This document shows positions 48,102 to 58,016 of a stretch of 64,000 nucleotides of DNA, one piece after another (position 1 is the first letter of the stretch; every line of letters begins with the position of its first letter). The notes under the pieces are model-generated. The model did no database searches. It was not told the DNA's origin and worked only from the letters and a program-made list of their open reading frames with translations. This stretch comes from an uncultured Lachnospiraceae bacterium. Lineage in GTDB: Bacteria > Bacillota > Clostridia > Christensenellales > UBA1242. The stretch covers positions 12,583 to 76,582 of the forward strand of contig CAZYDU010000001.1 in NCBI GenBank assembly GCA_964646345.1, given 5' to 3'. Made by a program: the position numbers and the translations under genes.

Positions 48102-48641
48102 TTACACCACACAAACGAAAATTTGTTTGGATTTGTAATTGAATTTTAAATTTCTTTTTTGATAGTCATCAAAATTAACGGGGTCGTTAATAAAATACTT
48201 TATCGTTAAATTAAGAACCATTGTTTCTTTACCTGCAAGAGCGATTGGTTTTTGAACATCGCCATAATCAATATCGTAAAGCTGACATTGGCCATTGGAA
48301 TCATAATTAACACTAATCAAATCTGGGTCAATTTGAGCAGTTTTATTATCTTTATTTGTGATAAATAATTTAGCTTCAAATATTAGCAATGTTGTTTCTT
48401 TTTGGTAAGACTTACTCTTGACTACAGATGGTTCATTTATGTAAAACTCCAAGTTATTATCTTTTGTTTCATTGCCATTGTTATAATCATTAATAATGCC
48501 TTCGCCAACAACTTCTGCCGTATCTTCGTCCTGATTTGTTCTGCCACGTTTATTCAAATTATTAACCATAAATCCGGTTACAATCGTAACGGAAATAATA
48601 ATAAAAGCTACCAATATAAGTCTAAAATTTTTCCTTGTCAT
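48102..48641 (-). CDS. hypothetical membrane-anchored protein
   Basis: Start at the ATG after AGGAGA. One N-terminal TM helix, then a beta-rich extracytoplasmic domain. No recognisable family. Confidence 0.5.
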   Translation of the reverse strand: MTRKNFRLILVAFIIISVTIVTGFMVNNLNKRGRTNQDEDTAEVVGEGIINDYNNGNETKDNNLEFYINEPSVVKSKSYQKETTLLIFEAKLFITNKDNKTAQIDPDLISVNYDSNGQCQLYDIDYGDVQKPIALAGKETMVLNLTIKYFINDPVNFDDYQKRNLKFNYKSKQIFVCVV

Positions 48642-48771
48642 TTGTATTTCTCCTAAAAAAACAACCCGTCTATTGTAGCACAAACTAATGTTATTTCAAA
48701 AAATTTTTTAAAAGTTTTTTTAATTTTTACACCTAACATCAAAAGCGATATTTGTCAATAAAATTTTATAC

Positions 48772-48810
48772 AAAAAAAAGAAAAACCAGAAAAATTTTCT
48801 AGTTTTTCTA
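48772..48810 (-). terminator. rho-independent terminator after htpG
   Basis: Minus strand: AGAAAAACTAG..loop..CTGGTTTTTCT followed by T8. Confidence 0.6.
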
Positions 48811-48847
48811 AATTTCTACATATATTTTTTCAAATCTTATAAAATAA

Positions 48848-50719
48848 TTATTGAGAAATATATTTTGTTGCAAGTTCAACAAATTTTGCCATATCTTCAA
48901 CTGGCAAACCTTCAATAAGTTTTGCTTCGTCCAACAAAACTCTTGAAACTTCTTTCAGTGCATCTTGATTATTTTCAAATAATGTTTTGATTTTTTCGTA
49001 AATTTTATGCTCACGATTGATTTGCAAAACCTTTTTAGCACGAATATCTTGATTTGCATCTGTGTTTGGCATATTCCTTAATACTTTCTCCATTTCAATC
49101 GAAACTTCGCCTTGAGCAAGCAAACAAACTGGGTGTTCGCCAAGATTTGAAGCAAACTTAACATCTAGAACTTCGCCGTCAAGAGAATTTTTAATAAACT
49201 CTAACACAGGTTTTTCTTCTTGTTTTTCTTCTTCTGTTTCGTTATCCAAACCATTGTCGCCATCAGTTACATTTTTAAACTCTTTACCATTATAAGACAT
49301 AATATATTTTATTGCAAATTCATCAACATTATCAGTCATACACAAAACATCATATCCACTTGCCAAAACTTTTTCAACTTGTGGCATTTTCTTGATTGAA
49401 AGAATAGAAGAACCTGCTGAATAGTAAATGTATTTTTGACCTTCAGCCATTGCTTCAGTGTATTCTTTAAATGTTACAAACTTATCTTGCTTTATTGAAT
49501 AATACAAAATTAAATCTTGGAGTTTGTCTTTATCCATACCCCAGTTATTGTAAATTCCAACCTTTAATTGTAAACCAAAGTTTTTGAAAAATTCTTCATA
49601 TCTTGGTCTATCTTCATTTAAGATTGTTTCAAGTTCCTTTCTGATTTGCTTTTCAATATTTGTTGAAATTTTATGCAAAATTCTATCATGTTGCACAGTT
49701 TCACGTGAAATATTAAGCGAAAGCTCACTATCAACCAAACCTTGAACAAATCCAAAATATTCAGGAATAAGCTCTTTACATTTATCCATTATCAAAACGC
49801 CATTTGAATATAGTTTTAAGCCACGTTCAAAATATTTTGAAAAGAAAGCTTCTGGACATTTTTTTGGAATATACAAAAGTGCTTTATAATCAACCACACC
49901 TTCAACTGAATAATGCAAATGCATGAATGGGTCTTCAAAGTCATAGAACATATCCTTATAAAATTTATTGTAATCTTCATCAGTTAATTCAGTTTTTGAT
50001 TTTTTCCACATAGGAATCATTGAGTTAATTGTTTCCCACTCGGTTTTTGTTTCAATCTTTTTGTTTTCTTGAGTTTCATCTCCAGCAACTGGAACTTTAG
50101 TCTCAAGTTTTATTGGATAACGAATATAATCTGAATAACGTTTTATAAGCTCACGAAGTTTATAAGTTTCCAAAAATTCTGAGTATTTTTCATCATCGGT
50201 ATCAGCTTTTAAGTAAATTACTATATCAGTACCATTTGTTTCTTTATCAGCTTCTTTAACTTCATAACCTTCTGTTCCAGAACTTATCCAAACATTAGCT
50301 TTTGTCTCACCATAAGCTTTTGAATAAACTTCAACTTTTTCAGCCACCATGAACACAGAATAGAAACCAACACCAAATTGACCGATGATATCAATATCTT
50401 CTTTCTTTTCTTTTTCATTTTTAAAAGCAAGTGAACCGCTTTTTGCAATAGTTCCAAGGTTGTTTTCAAGTTCTTCAGCAGTCATGCCAATACCATTATC
50501 GGAAATTGTTAAAGTTTTCTTTTCTTTGTCTGCTTTGATTTTTATATCAAATTCTTCCTTCTTTAATCCTAGGTTTTCTGATAATGATTTGTAATAAAGC
50601 TTATCAATCGCATCTGAACAGTTTGAAATAAGCTCTCTTAAAAATATTTCTTTATGCGTATAAATTGAATTAATCATCAAATCCAAAATACGTTTGCTTT
50701 CAGTTTTAAAATTTTTCAT
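48848..50719 (-). CDS. htpG: molecular chaperone HtpG (Hsp90)
   Basis: FLRELISNCSDAIDK, GQFGVGFYS. 623 aa. Confidence 0.97.
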   Translation of the reverse strand: MKNFKTESKRILDLMINSIYTHKEIFLRELISNCSDAIDKLYYKSLSENLGLKKEEFDIKIKADKEKKTLTISDNGIGMTAEELENNLGTIAKSGSLAFKNEKEKKEDIDIIGQFGVGFYSVFMVAEKVEVYSKAYGETKANVWISSGTEGYEVKEADKETNGTDIVIYLKADTDDEKYSEFLETYKLRELIKRYSDYIRYPIKLETKVPVAGDETQENKKIETKTEWETINSMIPMWKKSKTELTDEDYNKFYKDMFYDFEDPFMHLHYSVEGVVDYKALLYIPKKCPEAFFSKYFERGLKLYSNGVLIMDKCKELIPEYFGFVQGLVDSELSLNISRETVQHDRILHKISTNIEKQIRKELETILNEDRPRYEEFFKNFGLQLKVGIYNNWGMDKDKLQDLILYYSIKQDKFVTFKEYTEAMAEGQKYIYYSAGSSILSIKKMPQVEKVLASGYDVLCMTDNVDEFAIKYIMSYNGKEFKNVTDGDNGLDNETEEEKQEEKPVLEFIKNSLDGEVLDVKFASNLGEHPVCLLAQGEVSIEMEKVLRNMPNTDANQDIRAKKVLQINREHKIYEKIKTLFENNQDALKEVSRVLLDEAKLIEGLPVEDMAKFVELATKYISQ

Positions 50720-50758
50720 AATTTTGCACTCCTTTTTAGCAATACAATTTTTTAATTG

Positions 50759-50785
50759 TTAGCACTCTCGTATAACAACTGCTAA
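50759..50785. promoter_or_regulatory. CIRCE-like inverted repeat (HrcA operator) upstream of htpG
   Basis: TTAGCACTC-N9-AACTGCTAA versus the consensus TTAGCACTC-N9-GAGTGCTAA: left arm 9/9, spacer exactly 9, right arm 7/9. Confidence 0.6.
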
Positions 50786-50786
50786 C

Positions 50787-50815
50787 AATATAAACCTAAA
50801 AAAAATTATTGTCAA
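50787..50815 (-). promoter_or_regulatory. sigma-A type promoter of htpG
   Basis: Minus strand: TTGACA (50815-50810), N17, TATATT (50792-50787). It abuts the CIRCE-like element. Confidence 0.5.
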
Positions 50816-50887
50816 CTGCTTAGTGACAATATTTGTAACTTTTTTTGACGAAAAAAATAAGGTATAACTAAACTAAGTGTGTATTCC

Positions 50888-51005
50888 GTGTCATTTCAAC
50901 TGAAGTGTTAGCTGAATAAAGAAATTCCCTTGGTTTTTCCCCGTCATTTCGACTTTTTTCTTTTGTGTCATTTCAAGCAAAGCAAAGCGGAGTCGAGAAA
51001 TCCCC
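50888..51005. repeat. dispersed palindromic-module repeat, locus 4 (degenerate A, fragment, A)
   Basis: GTGTCATTTCAACTGAAG..GAAATTCCC, then CGTCATTTCGAC, then GTGTCATTTCAAGCAAAGCAAAGCGGAGTCGAGAAATCCCC. Confidence 0.8.
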
Positions 51006-51059
51006 TATTCTATCTTTTATAAATAAAAAACACCCTTATTCAGAGTGCTTTTGTTCCTT

Positions 51060-52316
51060 TTAAAACTCAATGTCTTCTTGCCTTAAACCTTTGCCAACCG
51101 CAACAACATTATAAACTTGTTCACTAGCAATTCGTTTTGCAAACTCATTAACTTGTTCACGTGTAACATCTTGAGTACGTTTAAAATTCTTTTCAATGTC
51201 AAAAATTTCATTAAAAACATTATATAAAGTGCCATTAATTTCAGCTAAATTGCTATTTGTTTCAGTACCAAATGAAAAGCATGATTTTTTCCAGTTTTTA
51301 GCTCTTTCAAGTTCTTCTTCACTTGCACCATTTTCCGCAAAATCCAGCATAGCCTTTTTAATTTCTACCATAGCTTTTCTAACATTTTTAGGTCTTGTGC
51401 CAAAAACTATTAAAAGTTCCCCAGTTTTTGTAGTCATTTCGTTATACGCATAAATTGTATAAACTAAACCCAGCTTTTCACGTATAATTTTAAATAATCT
51501 CGAATTTTGCGAACTACCCAAAATACTTGTATAAAGGTCAGCAATATATTTATCTTTATCCACAGACGTTGGGGATTTTATCACAATACAAACATTTGCT
51601 TGATTATCGTCACGTTCGACAATATCATACTTTTTAGCAATTTGAATTGAATAAGGAGTTTTGTTAACTTCAAGTGGATTTGCTTCATAATTAAATCCTT
51701 CATCAAACCATTTTGTTACAATTTTATCTAATTTGTCAAATTCAACATCTCCCACAACCGAAATCACACAGTTTTCAGGCTTGTAGTACTTGGTTTTATA
51801 TTCAAGCAGCTGCTCTCTTGTTACGTTTTCGATTGTTTTTTCATCGCCGAGTTCATCATGAGCAAATGAAAGACCGTTGAAATAGTTCTCCATTGCTCTT
51901 TTATACATCACTTCGGTTGGCTCGTCATCGCAACGTTTCATTTCTTCAATGACAACCTGCCTTTCACGGTCAAGTTCTTCAGTATCCAACTCAGCATTAA
52001 TCAAAATATTAGCATAAATATCAAACACACTTTCAAAATTTTCAGACAAACATTTAAAGATAAATTTTGTTGAAGTTTTTGATGTATAAGCATTAAAATC
52101 AGCACCTAAAAAAGTGAGTTTATCCATAATTTCAACGGAGTTAATTGTTTTTGTGCCTTTAAAAATCATATGCTCAATAAAATGTGAAAAACCTTCTTCG
52201 TGTTTTTCTTCATTTTGCGAACCAACATTAAAAATAATATTGCTAGCAACAACTTTTTTGTCGTTTCGTTCATGGATTAATCTTAATCCATTTTTATAAA
52301 CCTTTGTTTGTATCAT
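51060..52316 (-). CDS. peptidase M16 (pitrilysin) family zinc protease
   Basis: Intact HFIEHMIFKGT (HxxEH) zinc motif. 418 aa. Confidence 0.85.
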   Translation of the reverse strand: MIQTKVYKNGLRLIHERNDKKVVASNIIFNVGSQNEEKHEEGFSHFIEHMIFKGTKTINSVEIMDKLTFLGADFNAYTSKTSTKFIFKCLSENFESVFDIYANILINAELDTEELDRERQVVIEEMKRCDDEPTEVMYKRAMENYFNGLSFAHDELGDEKTIENVTREQLLEYKTKYYKPENCVISVVGDVEFDKLDKIVTKWFDEGFNYEANPLEVNKTPYSIQIAKKYDIVERDDNQANVCIVIKSPTSVDKDKYIADLYTSILGSSQNSRLFKIIREKLGLVYTIYAYNEMTTKTGELLIVFGTRPKNVRKAMVEIKKAMLDFAENGASEEELERAKNWKKSCFSFGTETNSNLAEINGTLYNVFNEIFDIEKNFKRTQDVTREQVNEFAKRIASEQVYNVVAVGKGLRQEDIEF

Positions 52317-52388
52317 AGCATTTCCTTTCTCGTCATTTTATAAATCTAAGTTAAACTATAATTTTTGATAAAACTAAATTAAATATCA

Positions 52389-52895
52389 TTATTTTTTATT
52401 ATCTTTAAGATATTTCAAGAGTGGCACTAAACTTTCATTAATAGTTGGAACAAATAAACCTTTTTCAAGCATAGTTTTTAGTTTTTCCAAATTTATCCAT
52501 TTTGCCTGATAAACTTCTTTGCGTTGAAGGCTCAATTCTTGAATCTCAAAATCTTGTTTCAAAAGCCAAATATCCACAAAATCTTTTTCACGTTTAATTG
52601 TATCAATAATTTGTGCATTAGCGGTGTCAGGAAAAATTCCAAGTTCTTCCAAAAACTCTCTTTTGAAAGCATCTTCGCTCGACTCGCCAATCACTGCACA
52701 ACCACCCGGATTTTCCCAAAGATTAGGATATGGTTCTTTTTGCTTAGCACGCCTTTGAATATAAATTTCTCCTTTACTGTTCATAATCCAAACATGAACA
52801 GATAATGCAAATCTTCCTTTAGGCATTTCTTCTCCACGTTTAATTGTTTCGCCTGTTAATTGTTTGTTTTTATCATATAAATCAATCGTTTCCAT
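52389..52895 (-). CDS. NUDIX hydrolase
   Basis: Nudix box GGCAVIGESSEDAFKREFLEELG. Confidence 0.8.
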   Translation of the reverse strand: METIDLYDKNKQLTGETIKRGEEMPKGRFALSVHVWIMNSKGEIYIQRRAKQKEPYPNLWENPGGCAVIGESSEDAFKREFLEELGIFPDTANAQIIDTIKREKDFVDIWLLKQDFEIQELSLQRKEVYQAKWINLEKLKTMLEKGLFVPTINESLVPLLKYLKDNKK

Positions 52896-53051
52896 AAAAT
52901 TTCTCCAAAATTAACTTCTTTTGGTAGTATACACCAAAATTTTAAGTTATTTCAACCATTTTTGCGTTTTTTATTAATAATTACCTAAGTTATAATTAAA
53001 ATAATAAAACATAAAATTTTTTCGGTAATCATAAATTTTATTAAATAAAAC

Positions 53052-53080
53052 TTGCATAATCTAAAATTATATTGTAAAAT
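53052..53080 (+). promoter_or_regulatory. candidate promoter for tRNA-Thr
   Basis: TTGCAT (53052-53057), N17, TAAAAT (53075-53080), about 70 nt upstream of the tRNA. Confidence 0.45.
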
Positions 53081-53152
53081 ACAAAAGGTAAAAAGATACT
53101 AAATCTTAAACAGTTAATACAAATAAATTATTGTGCTTTTTACAAATTAAAT

Positions 53153-53227
53153 GCTGGCGTAGCACAGTGGTAGTGCAATTGATTCGTAATCAATAGGTCG
53201 GGGGTTCAAATCCCTTCGCCAGCTCCA
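53153..53227 (+). tRNA. tRNA-Thr (anticodon CGU), CCA encoded
   Basis: Hand-folded cloverleaf: acceptor GCTGGCG/CGCCAGC, D stem GCAC/GTGC, anticodon stem ATTGA/TCAAT with loop TTCGTAA, T loop TTCAAAT, 3' TCCA. Confidence 0.92.
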
Positions 53228-53283
53228 AATTCGATTGAAAGTGAATTCAACCCACCCCTGCTTGCGATGGGATTTTTTAACAC

Positions 53284-53316
53284 AAAAAAACGTATCAAAA
53301 AAGATACGTTTTTATT
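53284..53316. terminator. bidirectional terminator between tRNA-Thr and plsC
   Basis: Stem AACGTATC (53289-53296) / GATACGTT (53303-53310), flanked by an A-run and a T-run. Confidence 0.65.
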
Positions 53317-53348
53317 TTTTGTTAATTTACCATATTTTAATATTAAAT

Positions 53349-53984
53349 TTAAGATTTCTTATGCTTGCGTTTCTTACCTTCAACATATTCATCTAATTCT
53401 TTTCTTAAGTTTGCCAAAACAAGCAAGTATCTTTCAAGATTTTCTTCCAACTCATCTTTTGTGAGACGTTTTGTATTTTCGCCAATAAGCTTAAAAGGCT
53501 TACCCACAATAATATAATTTTGTTTTAAAAGTTTTGGTTTTTGATACATAAGCATTGGAATAATTTCACAATCAGCCCTTGATGCAAAAGACAAAAAACC
53601 TGATTTTATTTCTAATAGTTCTTTTGAACCTGATTTATTTCTAGTCCCTTCAGGAAAAATGAAAACTGGGTGTGATTTATTAAGTTCTCCCATAACAGTT
53701 TTATACGAACTAGGCGACATACTTTCTCTATCAACAGGTATACCACCAATACCTTTTAAAATAAAACCAACTAATTTATTTTCAAACAATTCTTTCTTTG
53801 CCAAAACTCTAAGCTTTCTTCCAAGTTTTGCATCATAAATAATAGGGTCCCAATTCGAATAATGGTTAGATGTAAAAATTACTTTTTTACCCTTCTTCGG
53901 TAAATTTTCCTTATGCAAAAGTTTTGTCGGGTGAAAAATAACGGTTGGTATAAACATAACAATAAAAGCTAAAATATAAATCAT
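53349..53984 (-). CDS. plsC: 1-acyl-sn-glycerol-3-phosphate acyltransferase
   Basis: NHYSNWD (HX4D) and FPEGTR motifs. Confidence 0.85.
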   Translation of the reverse strand: MIYILAFIVMFIPTVIFHPTKLLHKENLPKKGKKVIFTSNHYSNWDPIIYDAKLGRKLRVLAKKELFENKLVGFILKGIGGIPVDRESMSPSSYKTVMGELNKSHPVFIFPEGTRNKSGSKELLEIKSGFLSFASRADCEIIPMLMYQKPKLLKQNYIIVGKPFKLIGENTKRLTKDELEENLERYLLVLANLRKELDEYVEGKKRKHKKS

Positions 53985-53986
53985 AA

Positions 53987-55222
53987 TTACCCCCTTAAAT
54001 CTTTAAAATCACTTGAACAAGTAACCGCCGTTGAAAATGCAAGTTGCAAATTGTAACCACCAGTCAAAGCATCAATATCTAAAACTTCGCCAACAAAATA
54101 TAAACCTGAAACCAGTTTACTTTTCATGTATTTTGGATTGATTTCTTTTAAATTAACTCCGCCTGAAGTAACAATAGCTGTATCAATATTTTCAAGAGAT
54201 TTAAATGAAATTTTAAAGTTTTTCAACAAAAATGATAACATTTTGCGTTTTTCTTTATCTAATTGATTTGCTTTAAACGTTAAATCTATCTTTAATCTAT
54301 CAGCAAAAACTTTAACAAGTGACTTTGGCAAAAATCCTTCTAATAGCGAAGAAAATTGTTTTGCTTTTAAAGAAATAATATCTCTATCAATTCTATTTAA
54401 CAAACTATCATTTGATAAAGCCGGTTTAAAATCAATAAACAATTTTATATCTTTAGCATCAAACTTATTTATAAAACTGGAACATGACAAAACAATCGGT
54501 CCTGAAATGCCATTATCCGTAAAAAGCATTTCTCCAACTTCACTTTCATAAACAATCTTTTCTTTTACTTTGGCAATTAGTTTTACATTTTTCAAACTTA
54601 AACCTTGTAACGATTTAATATCTAAATCATTCGAAATAATGGCACAAAGTGCAGGCTTAGTTTTTTCAACAGAATGTCCTAGACTTTCCGCAAATTTATA
54701 TCCATCGCCAGTCGAACCAGTTGTAGGATAACTCACACCACCTGTAGCAACCACAACAGAATCAAAATTTATTTTTTCTCCATTAACCACAACACCTTGA
54801 ACAACGTTTTCTTCTGTTAAAATTTTATCAACTTTTGTGTTTAGCTTAACATCAACACCCGCCCAATGCATTGCTTTTTCGAAGGCCTTAATTATATCAC
54901 TAGATTTATCACTTTCAGGAAACACTCTGCCACCACGTTCGATTTTTAATTTAACACCAAGTTCTTCAAAAAAGTTGCGAGTGTCTTCAGAATTAAATCT
55001 AGTAATTGCACCCATAACAAATTTTTTACCATTAACAACATTATTCAAAAAATCATTACCCGTACTAACATTAGTTACATTACATCTGCCCTTGCCAGTT
55101 ATGTAAATTTTCTTGCCAAGTTTTTCATTTTTTTCAAAGAGTGTTACTTCATGACCTTTTCGTGCAATCATTGTTGCACACATCATACCCGAAGCACCAC
55201 CACCAATTACACAAACTTTCAT
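53987..55222 (-). CDS. NAD(P)/FAD-dependent oxidoreductase, HI0933/BaiN-like flavoprotein
   Basis: VIGGGASGMMCA dinucleotide-binding motif. 411 aa with the C-terminal GEVLDIDALTGGYNLQ pattern of the family. Confidence 0.8.
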   Translation of the reverse strand: MKVCVIGGGASGMMCATMIARKGHEVTLFEKNEKLGKKIYITGKGRCNVTNVSTGNDFLNNVVNGKKFVMGAITRFNSEDTRNFFEELGVKLKIERGGRVFPESDKSSDIIKAFEKAMHWAGVDVKLNTKVDKILTEENVVQGVVVNGEKINFDSVVVATGGVSYPTTGSTGDGYKFAESLGHSVEKTKPALCAIISNDLDIKSLQGLSLKNVKLIAKVKEKIVYESEVGEMLFTDNGISGPIVLSCSSFINKFDAKDIKLFIDFKPALSNDSLLNRIDRDIISLKAKQFSSLLEGFLPKSLVKVFADRLKIDLTFKANQLDKEKRKMLSFLLKNFKISFKSLENIDTAIVTSGGVNLKEINPKYMKSKLVSGLYFVGEVLDIDALTGGYNLQLAFSTAVTCSSDFKDLRG

Positions 55223-55230
55223 CTTTCCAC

Positions 55231-55938
55231 CTATATTGATTTTAAATAATTAATTTCACTTGGCTTAAGAAGTCTGCAAGTTCCACGTGTAAGCCCGCCA
55301 AGTTTAATAGTTCCTATCGACACACGTTTTAAGAAAATTACATTATAACCAAACTTATCAAAAATCTTTCTAATTTCTCTATTTTTTCCTTCGGTTATTC
55401 TAACTTCCAGTTTTGTTTTTCTATCCTTGATTTCCAAAATCTTAATTTTGCATGGACGGAATTTTTCGCCATTAATTGTTTCAACACCTTTTTCCATTTC
55501 CAAAACATCATTTGCCGAAACTTCCCCTTCAACCTTAACTGAGTAAGTTTTTTCAACATGCTTTGCAGGACGCATAATATTTTGAGCAACTTCCCCATCA
55601 TTAGTAAACAAAAGTAAACCTTCAGAATTATAATCCAATCTTCCAATAGGTTTCAAAAAATTAAATTCAGCTGGCAATAAATCCATAACAGTTTTTCTTT
55701 GTCTATCATCAGATAATGTTGTCAAATAACCTTTTGGTTTATGCATCATTAAATAAGTATATTTCATTGGAAGTGAAACTGGTTTATCATCAACCAATAC
55801 CTTGTCATTTTCAGACACATCAAAAGCAAGGCTGGTGACCACCTTACCATTAACCTTAACTCTTTCACTCAAAACATATTCTTCACATTTTCTTCTTGAT
55901 GTAAGTCCAGTACTCGCCAAAAATTTATTAATTCTCAT
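55231..55938 (-). CDS. rluB: pseudouridine synthase, RsuA/RluB family
   Basis: S4 domain MRINKFLASTGLTSRRKCEEYV, catalytic GRLDYNSEGLLL. Start set at the internal ATG. Confidence 0.85.
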   Translation of the reverse strand: MRINKFLASTGLTSRRKCEEYVLSERVKVNGKVVTSLAFDVSENDKVLVDDKPVSLPMKYTYLMMHKPKGYLTTLSDDRQRKTVMDLLPAEFNFLKPIGRLDYNSEGLLLFTNDGEVAQNIMRPAKHVEKTYSVKVEGEVSANDVLEMEKGVETINGEKFRPCKIKILEIKDRKTKLEVRITEGKNREIRKIFDKFGYNVIFLKRVSIGTIKLGGLTRGTCRLLKPSEINYLKSI

Positions 55939-56396
55939 AACAAAAAATCCATACAAAAAATTAAAAAATAAGATGCAACCAAAGATTAAGTTTTTAACTT
56001 TTATACCTTATTTTCCAATTAATATAGTATAGTTTTTTAATAAAAAAATCAAGTCATTTTCATTCAGTAAAACTTTTATTATAATGCATTATATTGTTTT
56101 AAAGACAAATAAGAATAAAATAAAAATACAAAAAATTAAACAATTTTGCCACAAAATGTATATTTTTCACATATTTTTGTTAAATTTTGCGTTTTAAAAT
56201 TTAATTCATAATTATTTAATTAATGATTTTATAGTGTAAAATCAGGTTAATATGTTATAAAAATTTACATTATAAGTTATTTTAAGGCCACAACCACACA
56301 CCAATTAAATAAATTTCATCGCAAAACTAAGATTAATAAATAAAACGCAAAATAAGTCAAAAGATTTCTAAATTTTATAGTTCTATATTAATTTTG

Positions 56397-56789
56397 CTAT
56401 TTTTCTTTTGAAAAATTTTTATTGATAAAATTCGCAACTTCAGGTATTGTTTCAATTAATTTTTCAATCGCACCTTTTTGTTCTATTTTTACAAGCTCAA
56501 CATTGTTTTGTTTTATAACCAAAAACCCTATTGGTTGAACCGAGACACCACCACCTGAACCACCAGAAAAAGGATACTCAGTATCTCGTCTAATTTCTTT
56601 TAACTCTGAATAATATTCACCACCACCAGAAACATAACCAAGAGTTACTTTTGTAATAGGAATAATTTCCAAATCTCCACTTTTAATAATTTTGCCAATT
56701 ACCACATTTGAGTCAATCAATGGCTTTAAATTTTCCATTGCAGATGTCATAATATCATTGATTTTATTTATATAGATTTTATCTTTCAT
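56397..56789 (-). CDS. ytfJ: sporulation protein YtfJ (GerW family)
   Basis: IIPITKVTLGYVSGGGEY...GGSGGGVSVQPIGFLVI pattern. 130 aa. Confidence 0.8.
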   Translation of the reverse strand: MKDKIYINKINDIMTSAMENLKPLIDSNVVIGKIIKSGDLEIIPITKVTLGYVSGGGEYYSELKEIRRDTEYPFSGGSGGGVSVQPIGFLVIKQNNVELVKIEQKGAIEKLIETIPEVANFINKNFSKEK

Positions 56790-57336
56790 TTTCTATCTCC
56801 TTTAATTCACTAATTTTCTTTCCAGCACCCAATAAGCTTTTTATAATTTTAAATATACTAAAACTCACAACCAAATCTAACGTTAATTCCAAATTATTTT
56901 CACCAAAAGTTGGACTAATATCTTTATATAATTTCACATTATCAAATTTTAAAGACAAATAGCCATAGAACGATTCAACTATAGACACAATAGTCCCACA
57001 CATTATTGCAGAGGCATAAGAATTTTCTTTAAATCCACCTGTAAAAAATATTTCTATTTTTTTCACATCTAACTTTTGTAACATTTCCCCAAAAAACTTT
57101 TTCATAAATTCATCATTAAATGACCCCGATAAAAAAGTATTTTCATTCATCATTTCTAATTTACCATTCTCAAGTTCAATCTTGCCACATAACAATTTTA
57201 ATATCCAGGATTTTACTGAATAATAGCATTTCATCTCAAGCAGATTCACATGTCCCATAACTCTGGTTTTAAACGGAAAGATAAAGCATAAAAATAATAA
57301 ACAGATAACAAAAAAAACTATAAGCAGATTTCTCAT
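56779..57336 (-). CDS. DUF2953/YtfI-like membrane protein
   Basis: 185 aa with an N-terminal TM helix. Overlaps the ytfJ start by 11 nt, matching the ytfI-ytfJ pair of Bacillus. Called mainly by context. Confidence 0.5.
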   Translation of the reverse strand: MRNLLIVFFVICLLFLCFIFPFKTRVMGHVNLLEMKCYYSVKSWILKLLCGKIELENGKLEMMNENTFLSGSFNDEFMKKFFGEMLQKLDVKKIEIFFTGGFKENSYASAIMCGTIVSIVESFYGYLSLKFDNVKLYKDISPTFGENNLELTLDLVVSFSIFKIIKSLLGAGKKISELKEIENER

Positions 57337-57368
57337 ACTTATAGTTTGTGAATTTTGTATTAAATTAT

Positions 57369-58016
57369 TTATAAATCGTCATTCGTTTTTGGCGATTCGC
57401 TTTTGTTTATTTCTTCAAGTTTCTTATCTAAATCTTCTTCTTGTGGAATAACCGGTTCAAATCTGTTAAATAAACTATCTGAATACGTTTCACGAATTTT
57501 CTCAATTTGTGCCATTAAGTCTTCATATTTTGGAAGGTCTGAAACATTTGAAATATCAAATCTTTTCAAAAACTCATCTGTAGTACCAAATAATGATGGC
57601 TTTCCAACAGTATCTTTTTTTCCAACAATCTCGATTAATTTATGTTCAAGCAAAACGTTAATAGCATAGTCTGAGTTAACTCCACGAATTTCTTCAATTT
57701 CAAGTCTAGTTACTGGTTGCTTGTAAGCAATAATCGCAATCGTTTCAAGTGTTGCTTTTGTTAAATTTCTTTGCCTGATTGGATTTAGCACCGAAGTTAC
57801 ATAATCAACATATTTTGGGTTTGAAGAAAATTGAATTTTATTATTGAAAAGCAAAATTTGTATTCCACTTTTTTCATCATATTTTTTCTTTAAATTTTCT
57901 ACCGCTTTTTCTATTTGTTTTTGCTTAACATCAAATTTTAAACATAAATCTGAAACAGGCACAGGTTCGCCCGCCACAAAACAAACGCTTTCAATTACAT
58001 TTTCTAAATTCTCCAT
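57369..58016 (-). CDS. scpB: segregation and condensation protein B
   Basis: ESVCFVAGEPV, ETIAIIAYKQPVTRLEIEEIRGV winged-helix repeats. Confidence 0.9.
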   Translation of the reverse strand: MENLENVIESVCFVAGEPVPVSDLCLKFDVKQKQIEKAVENLKKKYDEKSGIQILLFNNKIQFSSNPKYVDYVTSVLNPIRQRNLTKATLETIAIIAYKQPVTRLEIEEIRGVNSDYAINVLLEHKLIEIVGKKDTVGKPSLFGTTDEFLKRFDISNVSDLPKYEDLMAQIEKIRETYSDSLFNRFEPVIPQEEDLDKKLEEINKSESPKTNDDL

